Shown here: in pieces, positions 38,301 to 45,665 of the stretch
Numbering within the stretch: position 1 is the stretch's first letter
How the letters are laid out: every line of letters starts with the position of its first letter
Source: an uncultured Bdellovibrionales bacterium
Lineage (GTDB): Bacteria > Bdellovibrionota_C > UBA2361 > CAYQVO01
Assembly: GCA_964421085.1 (NCBI GenBank)
Contig: CAYQVO010000002.1
Coordinates: forward strand, 91,134 to 155,133
Direction of reading: 5' to 3'
Length of the DNA stretch: 64,000 bases
The notes under the pieces: generated by a model
What the model was told of the DNA's origin: nothing
Seen by the model: the letters and a program-made list of their open reading frames with translations, nothing else
Databases searched by the model: none
Translations under genes and position numbers: made by a program

Positions 38301-38390
38301 ATGCTTTCAGAGATGTCGAAATTCATCGACTGGATTGCCGGCCGGGGTCTTGCCTTTCGGACGGCAGGCTCTCTTCTCACGATGATCTGA
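35301..38390 (+). CDS. 1029-aa fusion protein: N-terminal helical domain, radical-SAM core, SPASM domain, beta-rich linker, and C-terminal NodB-type polysaccharide deacetylase domain
   Basis: Radical-SAM cluster motif ESTSRCNARCRICGHFF at residues about 166-180. SPASM cysteines IPYCTAPWF...GGIFPCCSWKG...GCYGEGELPPFCLNCRS at about 490-560. NodB motifs IALTFDAGAS...CTVFLTGRSI...GHEAANHTYNHPWL at about 820-910, with conserved Asp, His and His positions present. Confidence 0.8.
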   Translation: MDPNRLIIDFKKQLGNRNTSAVHALDIFRDLRDVLEQETKSDPLLAAIRENILRLFMQRSCLLPDLEREAAVLNLILQDSRSNTAEISSGLEEWGRSVAELSEILRGIKTHVTQMATRHRMTEQKPSVVRIENSNFSEARELNIKILACEMLLGSTDPAPFPPNMQVESTSRCNARCRICGHFFHPARAYRDLDFQVFLKLSPVLPYVQCLELHTYGEASLAPHFTAMCEVCRSFGCRTHVLTNGSTLGVDSPLADVDQIGISVDSDNERTFDAVRKGLRFKTVIENIKAFRRRNPDNFMYFLVTIHRANVDEISGIAGLACDLGLQAVCLSLMSAIHPSLRPVTLTAQDVPLYREEVEKAERICSKRGVDVYDYAFLDGLPDQTEPLNKEACLRVFESLIPPSAGAPPDIEELTTRLAKIECGAYPASLHRFFTLEAASFESTRKAEIERVHEDTSMEPVTVDTGRLKERLHELRSEIERRGRDALVIPYCTAPWFRLEVKADGGIFPCCSWKGPPFADLAVQSVAEIWHGPFMTALRQGCYGEGELPPFCLNCRSIDRYQGLTETISTMNEFGLDYNTIRKIPGFSPPPGKLQLIRAGAPEIEYVPIDKSYPGGFYELRGDAEGRGNRSSGYDFVISPGPRLFCERPSSMRSRKISCGVLGGASLPLKDILKLEGRPRVSITETAHELFPSGLLFVSVRFRNEGEVPLFGRDSHPDCVDRAGLRVLKQEAGVTSAAREERMDMPFEWILPGSEYHISGLFDFSGLEPGTYTVETGIVREGEFWISEESERRSFEITTAEASTMTPVEVSRVPGSKGIALTFDAGASIPPSDALLDFLQKRRMQCTVFLTGRSIASFPEHARRIANEGHEAANHTYNHPWLSFLHDPHPAQGVDKDFLMKELYSTEEAFFKTTGRTMSRLWRAPYGARNAEILKWAMEEGFTHVFWSHDSNDWRIGSSLNSMKCTPQSVFETLKNKLRQFDDADGAVVLFHLSTYNQPDMLSEMSKFIDWIAGRGLAFRTAGSLLTMI

Positions 38391-38400
38391 CATTATTACG

Positions 38401-38622
38401 TCAGGTGCCTCCCTGCATAATCCTCAGGTAGTGCTCTACGCTCCTGTCGTAAGTTCTCTCCGCCTCGGCGTTGAAATAACATGCCGGAAGTTCCCGGCGT
38501 GCCCTGTGGTAGGCGATACACTTGCAGCACAGGCCGCGTTTGTCGCACGGATACGAGCAGTTGCAGTTTTTGAGGTTCTTTTCTTTTGAGCAGGTCGTCA
38601 TAATCCGGCTTCTCCTCCCCAT
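38401..38622 (-). CDS. Small Cys-rich protein (8 Cys, probable metal-binding), hypothetical
   Basis: 73 aa, [50 protein letters not shown]... Overlaps the 3' end of yraN on the same strand, so it is probably co-transcribed. Confidence 0.4.
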   Translation of the reverse strand: MGRRSRIMTTCSKEKNLKNCNCSYPCDKRGLCCKCIAYHRARRELPACYFNAEAERTYDRSVEHYLRIMQGGT

Positions 38623-38963
38623 CTATTGATGCGAAACGCGTCAGGATAATGATTAACAGAAGCCTTTCCAAAGTAAAGACCACCCTTATAATGCACGGTG
38701 ACAATATCGAACCGGATTCCTTTCGGCCGCAGCGGGCGAATCAGAGCGCTTCTTCTTTTCAGGTACCGGCTCGAAAGTCTGCGCATATGCTCCCGCTTCG
38801 AATGGTCAACAGCATTGAGGGCAGTCCATCGTGAAAAGGGAACCGGCTTTCGTGTTTTGACTTCGCAGAAAACGAGAGTGTGCCGGAAAAAGGCGACGAT
38901 ATCGAACTCACACCGTCCGGCACGCCAGTTTCTGTCGAGTATTATAAAGCCCTTCCTTCTCAA
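38598..38963 (-). CDS. yraN: YraN-family (UPF0102) endonuclease
   Basis: The C-terminal 120 aa of ORF 38598..39296 read [50 protein letters not shown]...IRFDIVTV, the YraN signature. The true start is uncertain and probably non-ATG. Follows rnhB, as in many bacteria. Confidence 0.55.
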   Translation of the reverse strand: MRRKGFIILDRNWRAGRCEFDIVAFFRHTLVFCEVKTRKPVPFSRWTALNAVDHSKREHMRRLSSRYLKRRSALIRPLRPKGIRFDIVTVHYKGGLYFGKASVNHYPDAFRINRWGGEAGL

Positions 38964-39072
38964 TTCTCTCGATGCGATTTCTTCGCCGAGAATGCCGGCG
39001 TTTCGTCGGGCAAAGGGAGCAAACCAGGCGAAACCACCGTGAAAGCAGAGGGTGAAGATGAAATCGCCCGTG

Positions 39073-39648
39073 TTAAAGAACGATAACGCCTTCTTCCGGA
39101 GGCGCCGGAGGAAGGAGCGTAAAGCTTCTGCGGTGAACCGGGCAGCGCCCAAGCTCTTCAATCGCCGCCCGATGGAGCGAAGTGGCATACCCCGCATGCT
39201 TCGCGAAATAATAGCCGGGATACTTCCTGTCCAGCGCCTCCATGAGGTGATCACGCCAGACCTTGGCAAGTATCGAGGCCGCGGAAATCTGAACAACCTT
39301 CGTGTCTCCGTTTATGATGGTTTCCTGGGGGATGTGAGTATCGATCCGCTGATTGCCGTCAATCAGAACGAGATCTGCGTTCACTTTTGCGACTGCGAGC
39401 TTCATGGCCAGAAGCGATGCCCTCAGTATGTTGAGCTGATCTATTCTTCGATGCCCGACAGCTACCACGGACCATTCCAGTGCGTCGCTTTTTATCACAT
39501 CAACAAGGTATTCGCGTTTTTTTGCGCAAAGTTGCTTTGAGTCTTTAATTTGGGGGTTCTCATAGCCTTCAGGGAATACTACAGCTCCGGCGACAACGGG
39601 CCCGGCAAGCGGACCCCGGCCCGCCTCATCAACTCCCGCTACACGCAT
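39073..39648 (-). CDS. rnhB: Ribonuclease HII
   Basis: From the internal Met: MRVAGVDEAGRGPLAGPVVAGAVV...DSKQL...IDGNQ...ASILAK... (RNase HII DEDD motifs). The listed ORF (to 39936) carries a 96-aa unlikely N-terminal extension. Confidence 0.85.
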   Translation of the reverse strand: MRVAGVDEAGRGPLAGPVVAGAVVFPEGYENPQIKDSKQLCAKKREYLVDVIKSDALEWSVVAVGHRRIDQLNILRASLLAMKLAVAKVNADLVLIDGNQRIDTHIPQETIINGDTKVVQISAASILAKVWRDHLMEALDRKYPGYYFAKHAGYATSLHRAAIEELGRCPVHRRSFTLLPPAPPEEGVIVL

Positions 39649-40028
39649 CGAAATCTCCTGTGCTTCTCGGAAGGGCGAAACGCTTTTTCTATCCTCACAG
39701 GCTTTGACGGGCCGACTATGAGGGCAAGCAGGTAGATCACGATAGGGAAAAGAACGATCTGTATAAAAAGCAGCGGGATCCACCATGGAAGATCCTCCTC
39801 TGTTATTTCTGACAGCACGTACTGGTCCAGGAGCAGGCACAGTACAGCAGCAGCCAGCACAAACAGTCCCTGCCTGAAAAAGTCCCCGGGCTTTTCCTTC
39901 CGTGATTTTTTGCCCCATTCTTCGAGCTGAGCCCAAAGACCGATAAGAAAGAAAAACACGGGCATGCCGAACCAGATAATATATAGAAGAATCCGCATGT
40001 TACTTTCCTGCACCTGAAAGTCTGACAT
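39639..40028 (-). CDS. Small integral membrane protein, hypothetical
   Basis: 129 aa with three predicted TM helices (LLYIIWFGMPVFFFLIGLW, LFVLAAAVLCLLL, WWIPLLFIQIVLFPIVIYLLALIV). Confidence 0.4.
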   Translation of the reverse strand: MSDFQVQESNMRILLYIIWFGMPVFFFLIGLWAQLEEWGKKSRKEKPGDFFRQGLFVLAAAVLCLLLDQYVLSEITEEDLPWWIPLLFIQIVLFPIVIYLLALIVGPSKPVRIEKAFRPSEKHRRFRCV

Positions 40029-40036
40029 CAGGAGCG

Positions 40037-40651
40037 CTAAGAGTAGAATTCCCGGAAGCCTCTGTAAGCCGTCATGACTTTTTTGACATACTTCTGGGTT
40101 TCCGGATAGGGGGGGATACCCCGGTATTGTCTGACTGCAGCAGGACCAGCATTGTACGCTGCCAGAGCAAGCTTTAAATCGTTGCCGAACATGTCGAGAA
40201 GGACCCGCAGATATTTGCTTCCGCCGTTTATGTTCTGGACAGGGTCATGAATATTGACTACGCCAAGCCTTCGCGCAGTGCCGGGCATCAGCTGCATTAT
40301 ACCCCTCGCGCCTTTGGGGGAGACGCCAACGGTGTTCGCCCGTGACTCCACGTGAATGACGGCCCTGACAAGAGCCGGGTCGAGCCGGTGCTTTACAGCT
40401 GCCCGGACCACAATCGAGCTCACGCTGTACGCCCTCCGGCCTTCCTGAGCTTCCGATGCGAGTCTTACTCTGTTTCGTTCGAGTTCATCATAAAGGCGGG
40501 GTCCCTCATCCCGGGGCAGGACGAGCTGGCGAAGGCTGTCAGTGAACCTTCCGCGGAAACCGGCATCTGTAATGAGAGGTATAGCGAGTGCAAGAGCAAA
40601 GAGGCTGCTCACATATGCGCGGCATAAGGTTTTGAAATGTGACTCCTTCAT
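40037..40651 (-). CDS. Lytic transglycosylase (Slt/MltE-like domain)
   Basis: Signal peptide, then catalytic motif IHVESRANTVGVSPKGARGIMQLMP and AAYNAGP. Confidence 0.8.
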   Translation of the reverse strand: MKESHFKTLCRAYVSSLFALALAIPLITDAGFRGRFTDSLRQLVLPRDEGPRLYDELERNRVRLASEAQEGRRAYSVSSIVVRAAVKHRLDPALVRAVIHVESRANTVGVSPKGARGIMQLMPGTARRLGVVNIHDPVQNINGGSKYLRVLLDMFGNDLKLALAAYNAGPAAVRQYRGIPPYPETQKYVKKVMTAYRGFREFYS

Positions 40652-41046
40652 ATCAATCCTAAAGTTCTCTGCTCCGCTATCGTTGATGGCCTCAATGATT
40701 CTTTTGCTTCAATTTTCTCCCAGCCGGGCGGCAAAAGTATAGTTTTTGGCTTGCCAGAGGCCCTTTTGGGGTGTCTACAAAACATACAGATAGCCGAGAC
40801 TAGACAAGACACCGGAGAGTTACTAACGAAATGCCGTTTCCGAAACATTATTTGAAAAACGCAGCGTCTGCGCAGAAAAAAATTGAAATTGGGTATTGCT
40901 TAGTATTCGAGAATTTGGGGCGGGAGTTGCTGCTTTAAGGGAGTTAAATTAATGTCAGCTTCGCTGACGTGGCGAAATAAGCAGGCTATTGAGGGGGCAA
41001 AGATCAGAGTTAATATACGGAGAGTTGTAGAAGGAACAAGCGAGTT

Positions 41047-41865
41047 ATGGGCAAGAAACAGGATTCAGGCGGTGGAAAAGCATCAGGGCGACGAAGTACG
41101 CATGCCCGGGGGGTCTCTTCCATACCTCCCCTTGCCGTCAAGAGACGGCGCGACCTCGGTCTTCGAGGACAAAAGAGAAGGCATCTTGATGAGAGGCTGC
41201 AGATGCTTCACCAAAGGGCACTCATGCTCGAGCATGAACTTATGGAGCTTGAAGACCACAGGTTTTACAGAACCTGCATCTTTGGCAGTGCCCGAATCAA
41301 GAGGGAGGGCGGGGAGTATAACGACGTTTTTGAGCTCGCCAGATACCTGGCATGGGAAGGCATCGATATTCTAACCGGGGGTGGCCCGGGACTTATGGAG
41401 GCGGCAAATAAAGGGGCTCACCACGGAAAGGAAGAGAGGAGGACAAAAAGCCTCTCCTTTGGACTGTCCGTATCGCTGCCACACGAGGTCGAACCGAATC
41501 TGCACCTCGACATAAAGCGGCACCACTTCAAATTTTCCTCCCGGCTTGATGACTTTATGAGGCTCTCGCATTCCGTCATTTGTACTCCGGGAGGAATCGG
41601 AACGCTGCTCGAGTTCTTTTTCTCGTGGCAGTTGATACAGGTTAAGCATATCCCTCCCCGCCCGATCGTCCTTCTGGACAAATCGTACTGGAGCGGAATT
41701 ATCGACTGGATGCGGGCCGAACCTTTGAGGAGGCAGCTCGTTGCGGAAAAGGATTTCTCCGTTCTTTCGATAGTGGACAGCCCGGGAGAGGCATTTGAGA
41801 TTATTTCTAAGCACCACAGTGAGTTCCGCGAGGCGAATCTGAAACGGAAGAAGGTGCCGAGGTAG
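41047..41865 (+). CDS. LOG-family (TIGR00730) Rossmann-fold protein with a basic N-terminal extension
   Basis: IFGSARIKREGGEYNDVFELARYLAWEGIDILTGGGPGLMEAANKGA and the PGGIGTLLE(F) motif are typical of the cytokinin riboside 5'-monophosphate phosphoribohydrolase (LOG) family. About 80 aa of Arg/Lys-rich N-terminal extension. Confidence 0.75.
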   Translation: MGKKQDSGGGKASGRRSTHARGVSSIPPLAVKRRRDLGLRGQKRRHLDERLQMLHQRALMLEHELMELEDHRFYRTCIFGSARIKREGGEYNDVFELARYLAWEGIDILTGGGPGLMEAANKGAHHGKEERRTKSLSFGLSVSLPHEVEPNLHLDIKRHHFKFSSRLDDFMRLSHSVICTPGGIGTLLEFFFSWQLIQVKHIPPRPIVLLDKSYWSGIIDWMRAEPLRRQLVAEKDFSVLSIVDSPGEAFEIISKHHSEFREANLKRKKVPR

Positions 41866-42182
41866 CGCGAACTCGCGGAGGGCGTTTGCAGGTGCGAGTC
41901 TCACTTTTCCTCGCCGCAGCTGCCCTCAATACGGCCTGTAATTCGCCATCCACAACAGCATCATCTTCGCCCACCCCTGATAGTCTCCGTGCTTCAGCGC
42001 GCGCGATTTGCCGATTGTCAGGTCCATGCTCTGTTCCTGAAAATTCCCCGAGCTTATCGCCGTAAGCTCAGCCCGGAGTCCTCTCGAAGCCTCGGCAGAT
42101 TCGCAGTCGATAAATGTTTCAACAGCACGCTGATCAGTGATACCGGGATTAGCGTAGGTCCTGACCCAGTACGTGATGTTTT

Positions 42183-43067
42183 TCACTTTCTGAACTCCAG
42201 AAGATGCCGCATGAAATCAACGAGTTCAGGCGCCACATCCGGTTTCTTGAGACCATATGCGATGTTAGCCTTGAGGAAACCCACTTTATCGCCCGCGTCA
42301 TATCTGTCTCCTTCAAAGCGGAGTCCGATAAAGCCTTCTTCGCGCATGAGCTGCGCCATTGCGTCGGTAAGCTGAATTTCTCCCCCCTTCCCGGGTTTTG
42401 TGCCGGAGAGAATCTCGAAGATGCGGGGAGTCAGTATATAACGGCCGACTATCGCAAGGCGCGAAGGAGCGTCCTCAGCTTTTGGTTTTTCCACCATTTG
42501 ATCGAGTTCGACTATCCTGTCGCTGATCCGTTTCCCGCCGACAACACCGAATTTTGAAACATCTTTTTCGGAAACTTCCATCAAGGCGACGACCGATTTC
42601 CCGTACTTCTCGTACACGTCCACCATCTGCTTGATGCAGGGAACTTCGGAGTCGACCATATCGTCTCCAAGCAGTACCGCGAAGGGTTCGTCTCCGATCG
42701 CGATTCGCGAGCAGAGCACGGCGTGTCCAAGTCCGCGGGGATGTTCCTGACGGATCGAGACAACCTGGACAAGCCCGGACGCAGAATGCACCTTTTCGGC
42801 GAGATCCAGCTTTCCATCCTTTTTCAGCTTGTCTTCCAGTTCGTAATTGAAATCGAAGTAATCGATAATCGAGTCCTTTCCGCGGCTTGTGATGAGAACC
42901 AGAGTATCCATGCCCGCGGCGTGAACTTCCTCCACGATAAAGTGAATCGTGGGAGTGTCGACGATTGGGAGGAGTTCTTTGGGAACAGCTTTTGTTGCAG
43001 GTAAAAAACGGGTGCCCAGACCAGCGGCAGGAATGACGGCTTTCCTCACAGGCAGCTTTACGCTCAT
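42183..43067 (-). CDS. galU: UTP-glucose-1-phosphate uridylyltransferase
   Basis: VRKAVIPAAGLGTRFLPATKAVPKELLPIVDTPTIHFIVEE..., 294 aa. Confidence 0.85.
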   Translation of the reverse strand: MSVKLPVRKAVIPAAGLGTRFLPATKAVPKELLPIVDTPTIHFIVEEVHAAGMDTLVLITSRGKDSIIDYFDFNYELEDKLKKDGKLDLAEKVHSASGLVQVVSIRQEHPRGLGHAVLCSRIAIGDEPFAVLLGDDMVDSEVPCIKQMVDVYEKYGKSVVALMEVSEKDVSKFGVVGGKRISDRIVELDQMVEKPKAEDAPSRLAIVGRYILTPRIFEILSGTKPGKGGEIQLTDAMAQLMREEGFIGLRFEGDRYDAGDKVGFLKANIAYGLKKPDVAPELVDFMRHLLEFRK

Positions 43068-43194
43068 AATCTCCCTCTCTTGATTTTTCCGGTTAATTTT
43101 TGAAAAAGAAGAATAAGTCAGGATAGAAAACAGTGTATCCCTGAGCTTTTTACACTATCCTTTTTCCCTCCTAAAAGAAAATGACGCGCGATTA

Positions 43195-44496
43195 GTGCGA
43201 AAAAATGTTATGTCGGCTTTTCTGATACGCTATTTATATTTTGCGGCTCTCTTTCTTGAATGGGCAGCAAGTACCGTACTTGAGTCCGTCAACCTGAAAC
43301 ATGCAAAGTCACGGATCGGGAAGCTGCCGCCCGGGCTTGAGCCGCATTTCGACCGGCCATTTCAGGAGAGGGCATACGCGTACATGAGGAGCAGAAAAAA
43401 GCTCGGACTGGCGCAGGATGCTGTGGACACGCTGACTCTCTTCGCCATGGTGGCATGCGGATTTTTTGGATACCTCGATTCCCGGTGCCGCATTCCGCAG
43501 CTCGGACCGGACAGTCAGGGTGTCCTTTTTGTTCTTGCGCTTTCTTTCCTTTTCTTTCTGATCGAGATTCCTTTTCGCCTTGTATACACATTTGTCATCG
43601 AGGAAAAGTTCGGCTTCAACAAGACAACTCCGAGGGTGTGGATTACGGACCTCGTCAAGGAGGGACTGATCAGCCTTGCAATCGGAGTGCCGCTTCTTTA
43701 CGGGATATTCTTCCTGATTGATTCAGGGGGAAATTACTGGTGGTTCTATGCCTTTATTCTGCTTACATCCGTGCAGATATTTCTCATCTTCATTTATCCG
43801 GTATGGATTGCACCTCTCTTCAATAAATTCGAGCCCATCGAGGACGCAGCGCTCAAACAGGAGGTGGAATCTCTCACCCGCCGCACCGGTTTTCAGATGG
43901 AAGGAGTGTATCTGATGGACGGCAGCAGACGATCCTCCCACGCCAACGCTTTCTTCACCGGATTCGGCAGAAACAGAAGGATCGTCCTCTATGACACTCT
44001 CATTGAGCAGCTTGCAGTCCCGGAACTTATTGCAGTGCTTGCTCATGAGATCGGGCACGAGAAACTGCGGCATGTGATAAAGAGCCTTATTCTATCGATT
44101 ATCGCGTCGCTCGCCGGTTTTTTCATCCTGGGAATCTGTGTCGATTTCCTCCCGCTCTATCAGGCGTTCGGCTTCGAACAGAAAAGCGCGCACGCGGTGC
44201 TTGTCATTTTCATGTTCGCACTGAGCCCGCTTTCATTTTTCCTGTCGCCGCTCGGCACGGCAATCTCCCGGTGTTTCGAGTATCAGGCCGACCGGTTCGC
44301 AGTGCGTGCTGTCGAAGACCCGGCCCCTCTTTCAAACGCCCTCATAAAACTTTCGAGAAAGAGCCTCAGCAATCTGACCCCGCACCCGCTGTACAGTTTC
44401 ATTCATTATTCTCATCCGACACTGGTAGAGAGAATTTCGGCCATGCGTGACGTGGAAACCGAAGCAGTCCTGAAAGAGAACTCCCCGGGCGGCTGA
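43195..44496 (+). CDS. M48-family zinc metalloprotease (Ste24/HtpX-like)
   Basis: Multi-TM N-terminal half, HExxH motif (LAHEIGHEKLRH), and a downstream Glu-containing helix. 433 aa. Confidence 0.8.
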   Translation: MRKNVMSAFLIRYLYFAALFLEWAASTVLESVNLKHAKSRIGKLPPGLEPHFDRPFQERAYAYMRSRKKLGLAQDAVDTLTLFAMVACGFFGYLDSRCRIPQLGPDSQGVLFVLALSFLFFLIEIPFRLVYTFVIEEKFGFNKTTPRVWITDLVKEGLISLAIGVPLLYGIFFLIDSGGNYWWFYAFILLTSVQIFLIFIYPVWIAPLFNKFEPIEDAALKQEVESLTRRTGFQMEGVYLMDGSRRSSHANAFFTGFGRNRRIVLYDTLIEQLAVPELIAVLAHEIGHEKLRHVIKSLILSIIASLAGFFILGICVDFLPLYQAFGFEQKSAHAVLVIFMFALSPLSFFLSPLGTAISRCFEYQADRFAVRAVEDPAPLSNALIKLSRKSLSNLTPHPLYSFIHYSHPTLVERISAMRDVETEAVLKENSPGG

Positions 44497-44515
44497 CACG
44501 GACTTGAGCGCCCGC

Positions 44516-45643
44516 TCAAGTCCCGCCTCCCGGCCTCATCGATGCAGCTTTCCTTATCTCCGCACCCTCGGCGATATTTCCCTTCCCGTCGAAAGCGGAT
44601 ATTTCAACCAGGTCGTACTGCCTCAAATGCCTCGCCGCATGTCTGGTTTCAGCCGGAAGCTTTTTTGTGACCGCAGTCAGTCCGTACATGTCAGGTCCGC
44701 AGATGGGAAAGACCATCCCCTGCCGCGCTTTCCCGGCAGGACGAAGTACCCGGTATCCTTTCCGCATTTCGCCGTTTCGTATGAAAACAAACGCGGAAAA
44801 CTTCATCCTGTGCTTGTTGAAATCAGTAAGGGCATCGAGCTGCCGGATAAGCGAAGGCTCGTTCCAGCCCGTTGACGCGTGGCACCAGTCCGTCCCGGAT
44901 GACGAAAGCATGGGACAGTTGCCGCATCGCGTGCATGGAAAGCGAACAACGAGATCTTTGAAACGTGAAAGAATCAGATCCCGGAGAACCATCAGGTCTC
45001 TCGTGATGCTCAGTGTACCCGGCTCCAGCAGTATAAGGACGCCTTTGTTCGCAAGTCTTTCACGGAACACTTCAACGAGTTCAAGACCGGGTCCCATGCC
45101 GATCTCGGAAACAACATTTGCGGCAATGACGATATTGAACTGTCCGTCGGGGATCTTCGATCCCCTTATGAAATCAACCTGAGCCGAGGGCCATGGTGAC
45201 CTGGACTGTATCTTTTCTGCGACTTTGAGCATCTCCGGAGAAGAGTCAATGCAGGTGTACCTGCATTCGCCGCTCAGGACGCTTTGAGCCGCAAGAGTCG
45301 CAGTTCCGGGGCCGCATCCATAATCGAGAACGGTGAACTGTCTGCTGAGATACGAAGACGGAAGATCGAGCAACAGGGTGCGCAACTTGAAGAAATTGAT
45401 GGGGAGGTAGTAGAGAGCGTACGCTGAGGCGTCCGCGTGGGAGAACTCGGGGAGGGGAGGAGAACCTGCCGTCCGGCTGGTATAGAGTTCCGACAGCGTC
45501 CTGATTCGGCCCGCTGCAGGAAGAAGGAATTCGTTTCCAATAGCTCCCGTGCTCAGCTGAGCTGCGGCTTCGGGCGGCAGCAACGCCTCGACAATGGACT
45601 GTTGAAGAAGGTCGAGAATATTATTCTGAGAAGACTCCCTCAT
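44516..45643 (-). CDS. Rsm22-like class I SAM-dependent methyltransferase with a C-terminal Cys cluster
   Basis: VLDYGCGPGTATLAA SAM motif. C-terminal CTRCGNCPM...C zinc-ribbon-like region, as in the Rsm22 family. Confidence 0.6.
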   Translation of the reverse strand: MRESSQNNILDLLQQSIVEALLPPEAAAQLSTGAIGNEFLLPAAGRIRTLSELYTSRTAGSPPLPEFSHADASAYALYYLPINFFKLRTLLLDLPSSYLSRQFTVLDYGCGPGTATLAAQSVLSGECRYTCIDSSPEMLKVAEKIQSRSPWPSAQVDFIRGSKIPDGQFNIVIAANVVSEIGMGPGLELVEVFRERLANKGVLILLEPGTLSITRDLMVLRDLILSRFKDLVVRFPCTRCGNCPMLSSSGTDWCHASTGWNEPSLIRQLDALTDFNKHRMKFSAFVFIRNGEMRKGYRVLRPAGKARQGMVFPICGPDMYGLTAVTKKLPAETRHAARHLRQYDLVEISAFDGKGNIAEGAEIRKAASMRPGGGT

Positions 45644-45665
45644 GATTTGCTGCTAAACTCCCCAC

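Noticed and set aside
40700-40760. Possible sigma-54 promoter (ttggcttgccagagg)
   Set aside because: The spacing does not fit TGGCAC-N5-TTGC: the GG and GC elements are adjacent instead of 10 bp apart.
41047-41865. LOG-family gene as part of an anti-phage defence system
   Set aside because: No defence-associated partners (nucleases, SIR2/TIR, DprA-like, ATPases) are adjacent. Its neighbours are a transglycosylase and galU, so it is most simply a housekeeping LOG/TIGR00730 protein.
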